Assembly: GCA_964187785.1 (NCBI GenBank)
Contig: OZ076421.1
Location: forward strand, 10,416,001 to 10,480,000
From: Amphiscolops sp. MND2022
Taxonomy: Eukaryota
Direction of reading: 5' to 3'
Length of the DNA: 64,000 bases
Part shown: piece by piece, positions 1 through 10,622 of the stretch
Layout: every line of letters begins with the position of its first letter
Position numbering within the stretch: position 1 is the first letter of the stretch
The notes under the pieces: generated by a model
What the model was told of the DNA's origin: nothing
The model's database searches: none
What the model saw: only the letters and a program-made list of their open reading frames with translations
Position numbers and translations under genes: made by a program

Positions 1-265
1 GGTTTCTTTACAAATCGATATTATTAATCAAATTCACTGGCAATTTGGTTTACATGGTTAAGCACGTAAATACAAATGAAAACACAGCTAATTGATATAA
101 ATAATCAGTTCTAGGATATTAGTTTGACAGACTGTCTACTTTAGACGGGTGGACCGATGGTCCGTAAAATAATATAAATGCTAACTAAAATACTTTATAC
201 TGACATCAAATTTAACGGGGTAGTTTTATGCGGACCTGTAGTCTCTTTCATCTATAGGGGTAACA
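1..265 (-). mobile_element. Probable LTR fragment running off the window start
   Basis: Minus strand reads GGGG|TGTTACCCCTATAG (purine run then TG start) and shares the word GTCCGCATAAA with the LTR at 7581-7761. The other end is not visible. Confidence 0.3.
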
Positions 266-668
266 CCCCAGCAGGCAACGGCATGTCACTCATCTCATTC
301 GGCACAATCTGACAGCTGTTGCCATCGCAGGCGGCAGACTGCGACAGCCTCTTTTGCGTTTTCCTCCGTGCATTCATATCTAGCATCTTATTCGAAAGTT
401 TTCCTCGTATTTCGATAAGCATTACAACTGCATTGGCTGATAGCTGGATCTTCTCGAATATGTTCTGGTTTTACCTTATATGTATTGCCAATTGCAAAAT
501 CAGGCTATGATTACAATTTGAAGCTTCATTTTTAGCAATAGGTTCATCTAGTTTGCTTACAACTTCAGACCTTAACTCTAAAAAAATGCTTTTTCTAAAC
601 AGAAAATTTTCTAAACAAAAACCCAAAGAGGAGACACTTTAGTATTTGATTTGTTTGCAAATTTGTTT

Positions 669-725
669 GCTGCGCAGGATTCGAACCCACACATCTTTAC
701 CAAGCTAAATGGCAATACTTTAGGT
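669..725 (-). repeat. tRNA-derived SINE relic
   Basis: Minus strand contains a B-box GGGTTCGAATCC, but no foldable full cloverleaf. Confidence 0.35.
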
Positions 726-2053
726 CAAAAATCTCCCCAGAATTTGGACCAACCATTGTGAAAATCGTGGTCTGAGAAAGCAAAAGAAGAGAAAACTCTC
801 AATTGACTGAGCCGGACATTCTTTATTTCAATCCGACTAAAACGCTTTCGAAACGTTTCAAAAGTTGCATGAAAGTTCAAGTAGAAATCCAATCATGTCA
901 TCCGATACCTGAATCACTGCATCAATTGTTCACGCCTCATTCAATTGCTAACAATGTTCCGTAAATTTCTTCCAAAGGATTCTTCAAAAATATAACCTTG
1001 AGCTACTTCTGTTTGTTATAGAGTGTATACAAGAATCTGAATTTTGATTTTTGACAGAGATCGAACATTCTGAGCTGTTGAGTTTATTTTTGGAAATATG
1101 ATGAATAGGGACCAGTTTGATTCTTTTCAGTTTCCAAGTTCAAAGGTCGTTCCGTAATATTTCACCAATGGCTGCAAAATGGTACAGCTGAGAAGAATTT
1201 TTTAAAATAAACTTTTCGCGTCTGTCATTGCGAGACAACCAATGACAGAAATTCCATGTCCGGATATTGGATTGCTCGGAGCCAATGACAAAAAGATTTT
1301 GTGAAGCATATCGATAAAGTACATGATTGGCTTAGAACTATTGGTAGAGAGATTTTAGTTTCAGCGTACTTCATTCTCCTGGAACTTTGTCTATCAAACG
1401 GTTGGTTCGTAGTTTAGTTATTCCCTTGGATTTTTCCCTAAGCTTTATTCCCCTTGAGAAATATTTGAAAATGAAAAATGACACTAACGTGTCAGGCCTA
1501 AAAATGAAGATTTTTCTCAAAAAATCTGAAATTAGTGGAAAAAACCCTGATTTTAGAGTGACCTAAATATTTTTTTGTGTTTTATATGACTGCCAGTTTC
1601 CCGTGGAAACCAGTAGATTTTCTCATCAACACTTACCTACTGATAAACAATCTACTTCGCGAAGATGTTAACGAACAACATTTTGTTTGTGACGTTTTTT
1701 TTGCACTTTTTGCAGTTTCGGTCAGTGCATACAGGTTGGTTGGCTTACGATTCAGTTGTCCGTCTTTCGTTTTCCGAGTTCTAATGTCCTAAATGTTTTA
1801 CAAAATTTCGACGAATAAGCCGTGAATGGCTCAAGGCAGCGCCACGCTCAAGCTTCGAGAAGTACAAAATGTTTGTAAAATGATCTAGGATAATTATTGC
1901 GGAACATCGACACACGGTTCCAATGAATATCCTAAAAAGTACCCTTAAAGTTTGAAAAAAAACTGTTTCGGAACTGAAAACGCCAAAAAAACGCCAGTTA
2001 TGCTTCGATCCTAGAACTTTTTCTGTACATTGTGATACTGCAACAAGTCTCTA

Positions 2054-2175
2054 AACAAGACGCCCGCTAAGCACCGGGATATTTTCCGCTATAAAAAAGT
2101 AACGCTCGAGCTCGAGTTCGAACCCTTGACCTCGTGCCTGGTAGGCAGACGCACTACCAACTGTGCCACTGCGAC
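2054..2175 (-). mobile_element. tRNA-derived SINE (Gly-ACC-like head plus 36-bp body)
   Basis: Minus strand GTCGCAGTGGCACAGTTGGTAGTGC (A-box, D-arm), loop CTACCAG, then GGTTCGAACTC (B-box). The acceptor and T stems do not pair. Body GCGGAAAATATCCCGGTGCTTAGCGGGCGTCTTGTT recurs at 3341-3376. Confidence 0.55.
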
Positions 2176-3159
2176 TATTTTTTCGTTTTACTAAATGGAG
2201 TAAATAAAAGTGGAGATTTGGCAGAATTTGTAAAAATAACGCAACACAGATCATGATTTTCTAGTGAAATAACAATATTTCTAGTGAAGCAACGGAGTGA
2301 AACTATTACGATACATATGCGCAACGAACAAGCAAGATCTAGAATACGATTCGCTCTCCTTTCACGGAAAATACACTTTACACTTGATGATAACTTCCAC
2401 TTTTGCGGCATATGTATCGTAATGATCGAAACTTTGTGTGCAAATAGACAAACATCGAAAATTCTGAAATTCTAATTGTTAATCAGTCTTTTTATGTTTT
2501 CAGGTTTTCATTGATGACAGAATGCGACGGAGGTTAATTTCAAGCTGAAAAACCAATTATTTTATTCCCGTAATATTATTTCCTCTATTTTCAAACAAAT
2601 ATTTCACTTTCTAATCCGAACAAAAATACCCTCAAAAAATTGACATTGGAGCAATCGCATCGTTGAAGTACAAGAATTGAAAGCTCACATCGAAGGAAGT
2701 TTTTGAATGAAAATTTGATAGTCGAGGATTTTGGCAACCTTCTCAGCTTTTCAACTTAATAGCCTGAAAATTGTTTCTGGTAAACTGTTCAGTTATCATT
2801 TTCCACAAAGGAAACGAGATCCATCTAAGAAAATAAAATTTCATATCTTATAAACAGTTCGAATTTCTAAAGGGTATACTGTGTCTATTTGCTGTCTGAA
2901 AACTTCATACGGTATCATGTAAAGTCTCGACAACTTTAGGGTATCTCGGGCCAAAAAAGGCCTTCGGTGACTCATTTTTTATATTGACTTTTTATTTTCC
3001 CACCCCATATTTTATAAATGGGGGAGGAAAATCATGATCTGTGACGCGTTTTTTTCCAAAACTTTGCCAAATCTCCAAAATCTCCACCTTTTGATTACTT
3101 GACTATTTTAGATAGCTATTAGTAACTAAAGGAGCCAAGTAACTGAAATGGCATACAGC

Positions 3160-3298
3160 GGGAATAATATCTAAAGTCAAAAAAGGGAATACGATCTAAA
3201 GGGAATAAGATCTAAAATTTCAGGACGGGAATAAGATCTAATAGGAATAAGATCTAAAATCACTAAGTTTTAGATCTTATTCTTTAGATCCCATTCCC
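3160..3298. repeat. GGGAATAAGATCTAAA short-unit array with inverted terminal copies (MITE-like)
   Basis: About 5 direct copies of GGGAATA(A/C)GATCTAA followed by inverted copies TTAGATCTTATTC / TTAGATCCCATTCCC. Confidence 0.6.
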
Positions 3299-3340
3299 AC
3301 TACCAAAATAGCCATGGCAAAGTTGGTGAAGGCGAACAGG

Positions 3341-3376
3341 GCGGAAAATATCCCGGTGCTTAGCGGGCGTCTTGTT
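3341..3376 (+). repeat. SINE body fragment, inverted relative to 2054-2089
   Basis: 36-bp exact reverse complement of 2054-2089. Confidence 0.7.
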
Positions 3377-5142
3377 ATACATTGCCGTGTAACATATATA
3401 ACTGGAGCGCACATGGTTTACTTTCCATGTTGGGAAGATCTTGGAACGTATAATGGCAAATGATAAGAAATTTCGTTTCCTTTGTGGAAAATGATGACTG
3501 AACGGTTGTGATACGCGTGTGGACGTAGAATGCCATTATCAAGAGAGACATGTTTCAAAGGAAAAGCTTGTCAGAGGGCGATAAACGTCTGCCAAAAGTT
3601 GCGTAGAGCAAGAAAAAACATCAAAAAATATGTGTTAGTATTAGTAGGATGTTGGAAAAATCTTGTCATGTAATCATGACCTACAAAATGCAGGAACAAT
3701 ATGGCGAGGTTGTGTTAGTGTTGTCGAGATGTTTAAGAGCTTTCAACCGTGTAGGTTAGTTCTTCTTACGGTTTTTTTCTGAATCCTTGTCGAAGCTGAT
3801 GTACTGTTAAATACACAAAGGTCTATCATAGTTTTAGTTCTTTGAATGATTGGGCTTAAAATAGGCGGAATTTGTGCGGAAAGATGCACTTTCCGGAAAG
3901 ATGTTTGCAAACAAATGATGTTAGAGTTGAGTTTGTTGACCATCATGGATATCCACGAATATGATAGGGGTCACAATGGAGTTTTGTGTGGAAGCAAAGA
4001 CGTTGTACCCGAATTTGCCCAAAATTGCAACATTTTCTGTCCTAAAAAGTGCCGTTAGTATGTGTAACTCTTTACCATTAATATCTCGAAAGACTTGAAA
4101 TTCAAAAGAAGTCGCTCTTTTCATTAGTTTCTATTGAGACTAGACTTGACTTCCAATACAGTTTAATTCGAAGCCTGTTGTGCATCATAAATCATAAACA
4201 TTATAAACAGTATCTAGAAAGAAACAAGGACAGATGTTTTCAGCGTTTAATCGATAAGATTCTCGTTTTGGCTGAGACTCGAAGGCAGAACACCATAGTC
4301 CTCTGAGCCACCGATGGAGACAAATTTGCATCATTTTTTTCACTCGTTCCCACTGAAATGCCATCTGTGGATGGCCACGGTGGCCATCTGTGGATAAATT
4401 TTGAAAGTTTCACAGGGATTGCAGTTTTCACTTCATCTGCCGAAATTCATAACGGTTAAATGATTGGATCCATATAGCGTTTCGAGGTACCTTAGTGGTC
4501 CAATTATTGATGAAGCCGTTTGAGACGTCATGTCCTGTAGTTGCTATGTAGGCTGTGTTTCTGAAGGAATAAGGTGAACATTTAACGTTATTAAACTTTC
4601 AAGTTTTTGGGCCTGGATTATAGCTTGTTTTTGATAAATCAGAGATGGTTTATGATTTCCTCACACAAGATACATATCGGAAAAATATTAACACCCACGG
4701 AAAACCAGAGATACCATGAAACAAGACGTTGTTGTTTAGTTTTGAACCACTGTTTTGAACACTGTTTTAACACTGGATACTAGTTTTTGGGAGAATCAAT
4801 CCAACTACAACATTATTCTAACGCTCGAGTGGAGTCAATTGACAAAATCAACAAAAAAACAAACACAATGAATTTTTTGGAGTCGTTAGTTCGTTTCAGG
4901 CATTTTTTTCAGAAAGAAAGTTAATCAAAAAAGTAACTGAATCTTTCTAACTAAAAAATCCCTACAGATCTCAAAAACTAACTAATGCATATATACATGA
5001 AGGATTCCTAATTGGACAGTTGAAAGAGATCCTTTCCAACGCTTTCCCCTTGGAAACATCTGAGTCAATAGTTCGAAAGTACTGCCATTTTATACGTTTT
5101 CCCCAGAAAATACAATTATCAGTCAAACCATTTTGAAAGATA

Positions 5143-5735
5143 ACAAGCCGGGACCGGCCCAAGTCGGCGCCATATCCAAGGCTCAAAAATAGCAAAAGGA
5201 CTTCCAAGAGTCAATTTACAGTAATCCAAAATCGAAAAAGCAAAAAAATGGACCGAGTGGCGCGCCGGGGCCCGCTAGCGCGAGTCCCTGGCGCGCTAAA
5301 AGGGGGACATTTCCGAAATTGTCAACATTTTTGTCGCAGTTGAAGGGGGGACCCTTTGGAGAAAAAACCAAATTTTTGGAAAAAAAATCTCACAGTGCCG
5401 AAAAAAACTGAAAGGGGGGACCCTTTGGGATTTTCCAACATCCATTCTGTCGCAAAACAGTAAAAAAAATTGAAGGGGGGACCCTTTGGGTAAAATTTTT
5501 TTAGCAAAAAAGTCTCACAGTGCCGAAAAAAATTGAAAGGGGGGACGCTTTGGTCTCGTCCAGCATGGTATGTTACGCGGGAAAACAGGAAAAACCTTTT
5601 TGGTTCAGTTCGCTAGACCAAATAGTGCAATTTGGTGCAATAATATTTTGTAGAACTTATAAGAACTATTTTGGTCAGTTCGTGTGGATTGAAAAAAAAG
5701 AAAAGCCACTATAATAGTCGCGTTTCACTTCATGA
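5143..5735 (+). mobile_element. Non-autonomous Helentron/DINE-like element with internal tandem units
   Basis: 5-prime end AACAAGCCGGGACCGGCCCAAGTCGGCGCCATATCCAAGGCTCAAAA; internal repeats GAAAGGGGGGACCCTTTGG and CTCACAGTGCCGAAAAAA. Same family as the insert at 42470-42872. Confidence 0.55.
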
Positions 5736-5787
5736 TCTATGAGATCATAAGATATACGATCCATAACGTGAACTTTCAATTTCAACG

Positions 5788-6111
5788 TTATATCAAGGAA
5801 TGGTTGTCACGTCCCACTTGGGGCTGCTTTGAAGGACCCTGAGAGCCATATGGCTGACTGTCATTACTAGTTTTATTAATAACTGCCATCATCAAATCCT
5901 TCAGTTGACTAAATTCTGAGTTTAATTCATTGATTTTGCGTTCATAATTTTCCTTCATTTCAGTTAACTGAGAAGAGATATCAGAACTGTCATTGATGTC
6001 AGAGTCGTTCGGGTTTGATTGTGCCATGTTCAAGTCTTCTGGAGCGTTCTTTTCAGATGGAGAGTCAAATATTTTGCCGTTTCTGAGTAGTGTACCTTGA
6101 CTTAGACTCAT
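5788..6111 (-). pseudogene. Truncated gag-like N-terminus of an LTR retrotransposon
   Basis: ORF lies downstream of an LTR+PBS+leader on the same strand, has an LRNGK start motif and a coiled-coil segment, and is cut off at about 5800. Confidence 0.5.
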
Positions 6112-6699
6112 ATAACCAAGTGAAACCTATTTGTGAGTGAAGACTGGATTAATGAGATGTTTTAAGGTTGTATTTTGCTGTTTATCGTTCAATGTCAGAT
6201 CTCAAATTCACTAACTTTGAACTGAGATGTTTTATCGATGAAGTTTAAAGGAAGATTGAGTATTCAGCGCGTAGTATAAATCAGAGGAAGGTATTCGAGG
6301 AAGTCATCCAACTCATCGTAATGAAGACTTACTAAAATGATTATTCAGAAAGGTTGCGTTATCGTTTCTAGAGATGAATTGTAGATGATTTTCTAGTTAA
6401 TTTTGACATGAATTGACCAACTGAACGGTAGCTAGTCGCAATCTCTCTCTAAGTAATTTCTAATGGCGGCACAAACTACAGCAGTTCACGTGTCTTTTCT
6501 GGTTGGTAAGGCGCTTAATCTCTTACCAATCTTCTTTCATTGGCTGTTGTCTGTTGGTGCTAATTAGTAAGTCACGTGACCGGTGTTGCGAACCGCCGCA
6601 GGATGGCCGCGCATCATGGTAAATCTACACATATGCAAATAGCAGTGAATCATCAACTTTACAGTGTCGCAATTTCCTGCACAATAACAATGGTTGCTA

Positions 6700-7560
6700 A
6701 AGAGACGGAAACAGGATGAATGCATTCACTATTGCCCTAATTTCAGGTCAAATTAAGATAAAGTACATTGCGCGATGGGAAAACGATGTTTTCTGTCTGA
6801 TAATAGCGCTAATAGATGATGTTTCGCACACGAAGATGAAAATGCGATGAAAACATTGGAATACTTGCTATTTCCAAGTCTGGTTCAGCTCAGGATGAAA
6901 ATGCGATGAACTGCAGTCAATCTCGCTCAAAAATCAGCACAATTTAAAATTACGATGACAAAGAGATGAACTCCCTCTGTTTTTTGCTTTTTCCAACACG
7001 AACCAAAGTATCGATGAATTAGGGATGAATCCGCTCAACAAAATGGATAATTCCAGCACGAACTAGAGTAGCGATGAATTAGGGATGAATTTACTCAACA
7101 AACTGATAATTCCAGCACGAACTAGAGTAGCGATGAATTAGGGATGAATTTACTCAAAAAAACTGATAATCCAGCACAGTCACTCTTTTAGGATGAATTA
7201 AAGATGTACTTTCTCATTTCTCTCTCTCTGCAGTTCTCGCGATGGATAAGCGATGAGTTACTTGTCTTAAGAAATTACAGGCACATTTGGAATTTCCAAG
7301 TATACTTTGACGATGAATTTTGGATGAACTAGTAAAATTAAGTCCTGTAAAATCCACTGATGGATTGATGATGAAATACGTAAAAGTCCCACATTTAGTT
7401 CATTCGCAACTCTGGGAATGAGATTGCGATGAACTATGTTAGAATAGCGTCAGTAAATCCGCTGATGGTTTCGGGATGAGTTATCACAAATAAATTGAAT
7501 TCACCAGTTAATCAGCTAATGGATTAACGATGAACTTTAGAAAAAGTATCGTCACGACTA
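6700..7560 (-). repeat. GATGAA-rich retrotransposon leader including a ~58-bp tandem array at about 7020-7175
   Basis: Many GATGAA/GATGAT words; tandem unit TTCCAGCACGAACTAGAGTAGCGATGAATTAGGGATGAATTTACTCAACAAAACTGATAA seen 2-3 times. Confidence 0.65.
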
Positions 7561-7761
7561 TTGCCCTGAGGCGGGGAGCATGTAAAAATAACGTACTTCA
7601 TCTCTTTTATATCTCTCGGTCCAGTCTGGCCGGAAAACTTCTTTCCCTTGTCGTGGCAAACCAATATTTAAAGTTACAGCACTTTATTGTCATAGGCAAG
7701 ATCATTTATGCGGACACCGGGACTAGAGCGCTCAGTATTAAGTAAATATATATAACTTACA
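7561..7761 (-). mobile_element. 5-prime LTR (7581-7761) with tRNA-Asp-like primer binding site
   Basis: Minus strand TGTAAG...TTTTTACA (TG...CA, 181 bp) contains AATAAA and ATATAAAAG. It is followed immediately by TGCTCCCCG, matching the tRNA-Asp PBS TGGCTCCCCG minus one G. Confidence 0.6.
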
Positions 7762-7783
7762 CTCAGGGGGTAAAGGGATTTAA

Positions 7784-7983
7784 NNNNNNNNNNNNNNNNN
7801 NNNNNNNNNNNNNNNNNNNNNNNNNNNNNNNNNNNNNNNNNNNNNNNNNNNNNNNNNNNNNNNNNNNNNNNNNNNNNNNNNNNNNNNNNNNNNNNNNNNN
7901 NNNNNNNNNNNNNNNNNNNNNNNNNNNNNNNNNNNNNNNNNNNNNNNNNNNNNNNNNNNNNNNNNNNNNNNNNNNNNNNNNNN
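7784..7983. other. Assembly gap (200 N)
   Basis: Run of N. Confidence 1.
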
Positions 7984-8760
7984 GTACAAGTAATGTAGGG
8001 TTGCTCACAACCATAGCTCTTATTTTATGACTTCATATTGCCCATATCTAAGTACATAAGACATAGTATTTACATTACAGATTTTTCGTAAACTATATTT
8101 CCATCATGCTGGCATGACACTCCCCGGGGGAGGGATTTGGACTGAGAGTGCAGAAGCCAAATGTGCAGAGGATGGTTGTCTCAGCGTGGTCTTCGACTGT
8201 TCTTCCTTCGTTTGGTTGGGGAGATATTATCCTTCTGGTTCTGAGTTGGCTTGTCCTTCATCAGTGCTGTCCCGTGTGAATCTTCTCTGAGAAGGGGACT
8301 TCGGCAGTCGTCTCTTGTCTGGTATCATCCTGGGTGATTCCGGTTAAAATTTGGACGCGGCAACTCTAGTTCTTGGCCCATCGGATGTCCGCTGATCTGC
8401 AATTTATTGGTTGTCATGCTTTTGTCGGGAGTTAGTCGGCTAATTGTTTTGGTGAAAATTTGCTTTCTTGGTGAAGATTTTCCCTCCAAGCCGCCTACGC
8501 TAAGTTGACACTTTGGCAAGCTTCGTTGGCAATTTAGCGATGAGTTGGCGCCGCCACCATTACAGTGCATCTGCAAGCTTTTTCTGAGCGTTTTGCGGAA
8601 ATCAGGACACGAAATCTCGGAAACCGAGACGCGTGCACTGAATTCATTCCCCTTTGATGTCCACTGCCTTAGCTTCCTTTGAAGTTGAAATCTTACTTTC
8701 CGCAATTTTGTGTCTTGGCAAGTTAATGGGGCCAACTAATTGCCACTTATGCCAGGCCTC
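7984..8760 (-). mobile_element. 3-prime end of a degenerate LTR retrotransposon (coding relic, PPT, LTR start at 8119)
   Basis: Minus strand CGGGGAG|TGTCATGCC at 8126-8111, preceded by a GC-richer ORF-like relic. No recognisable domain. Confidence 0.35.
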
Positions 8761-8890
8761 AATAGCGCCAATTATTTCGAGAGCAAATAGTGCTCAGTGC
8801 TAAATGTGTCTCAGATTCCAAAATTTTATCCAATAGAGTAATTCGTACGCCTACATTCCGCAACACGTATATCCTGTTTCCGCATTTTTT

Positions 8891-9073
8891 AAAATAATTT
8901 ATTCCAGTTGGTATAAATGTATTTCACTTTTGTATATCACTATATACACTCAGTATAAATATTTTGCACTTTAGTAAAGTGTTGAAAGAAATTTTCCTTT
9001 TTCGTTTTTTTTTCAAATTCATTTTCAAATTTCATTTTTTCAAATTCCAATGCAGTTGGTATAATTGTAGTAC
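8891..9073 (+). repeat. 183-bp direct repeat, left copy
   Basis: Aligns without gaps to 26494-26676 with 8 mismatches by hand count. Confidence 0.9.
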
Positions 9074-9784
9074 CATAGGATGAATGTAGTACAATCCGCA
9101 ACACGTATATTCTGGTTCCGCATTTTGTCTTGATACAAAATAAGTAATGTTATGATACAAAACTAGTAATGTTCATGTTCGGAAACAACATTCTGTTAAT
9201 CACGATTTGACCCACGATTGGAACCAAAATATAAATTCAATTCCACACTAATGACTTCAATAAATCTTTCATTTTTTTAACAATTTCATTACAATTGGTA
9301 GAAATGTAGTATTTCTCTATTGTATTTCACTATAGTCTAATATTTACAGTTGAAAGTCTAAAGAATACAGTTTTGTCTATTATTGTGGTAACTTGAATAT
9401 GAAATCAGTGAAATATAATTGAAAATCAAAAAAGATATTTCTCAAATCAAAAAAAGTGAAATATATAGATTGCATTTGAAACAAATTCGGTTCCAATCGT
9501 GGGTCGAATCTTGGTGTTTCTATTCCTTAATATATCGTTGAACCTCGGAATATTGTACTGTCTGTCACATTACCGTATCTCTCGTAATTACGTAATCATT
9601 TGTCGTGACCAATGACAAGTTAGTATTCTATGAACGTGAGAAATATACGGAAAAACGAACAGATTACCATGTATTACTTCTCTTAGTTATAGAGGCAAGA
9701 TAAACTGATTGTAAGTCACGTGTAATTTCTGTTTTAAGAAAATGATTTTCACAACCGATTTTCACAACTGATTTTCACAACCAA

Positions 9785-10048
9785 TTGGATAGAAGAACAT
9801 CAAAAAAAGAGATGCAGTGGCGCAGTGATCATTCCATGTGGGCTCTTCCTATCATTGTGAAGCGGAACACAATGTCTTTTGCTCAGTCTATATGGAGGGA
9901 ACACAGAGCAGTCTGCATCGAATCACCAGGGAGTTTATGGGCGGGGATTGAACCGGTGGTAGACAACGTATCAAGCTTCACTACATACCCACAGGCATTA
10001 TCAACTGCGCCACCATCCCCATTATGTCGTTGCATTAGACACATATAA
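9785..10048 (+). CDS. Small unknown protein (likely ATG at 9812, MQWRSDH...APPSPLCRC), paralog of 54845-55117
   Basis: Shares QWR...IESP.S....I.PVVDN..S.TTYP...S.APPSP.CRC with the B copy, with many synonymous third-position changes. Confidence 0.7.
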   Translation: MDRRTSKKEMQWRSDHSMWALPIIVKRNTMSFAQSIWREHRAVCIESPGSLWAGIEPVVDNVSSFTTYPQALSTAPPSPLCRCIRHI

Positions 10049-10117
10049 AAACTTTTGGAAATCTCCGATAAGAAATTGCAGTGAGTGATTTTTGATATGA
10101 CAAGAAACGACTTTTAT

Positions 10118-10140
10118 ATGTATATATATATATATATATG
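10118..10140. repeat. (TA)n microsatellite
   Basis: TATGTATATATATATATATATATG. Confidence 0.9.
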
Positions 10141-10622
10141 ACTGTGTATTATTATCAGATTGCATTCATTTCATCGTTAGTAATGAATTGAAGCATCATA
10201 ACTCAACTCGACCCACGGTTGGAACCAAAATTTTCTATGTTTGAATCTATTTGAATAAAAATATTCGAGGAACCTATTTTTTACCATTGAACTTGTGACG
10301 TTTTGTAAAAATTTGAAGTACGTTTTCTTTTACCGCTAATGATCAAGGGGCTTCCGATGAATTTTTTGGTGTGAATTGTATTGGAAAATTTATTCCATTC
10401 AAATTTTGATTTATGATTACATAGTAATTGAATTCTTCAAACCAAACCTAATTTTTGCGTTACGAAATCTACTTTGGAATGGTTTAAAATTAGATTCAAG
10501 CTTTCGTCAGGATTTTAAAATCAAAATTGTTCCAGTGGAAACTTAGTAACAACATTTTAAACTCTCACGTACACTAAAACCAATGCCACAAAAGTCTAAA
10601 AGTTTGTCATTCCCTTTCAACG

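Noticed and set aside
2103-2175. Functional tRNA-Gly(ACC) gene
   Set aside because: Acceptor and T stems do not base-pair, and the head is attached to a repeated SINE body.
3743-4431. Coding-looking frames, one with a hAT-like YPQMATVA word
   Set aside because: Too short and stop-ridden to assign.
7763-8014. ORFs spanning the N gap
   Set aside because: Artefacts of translating N.
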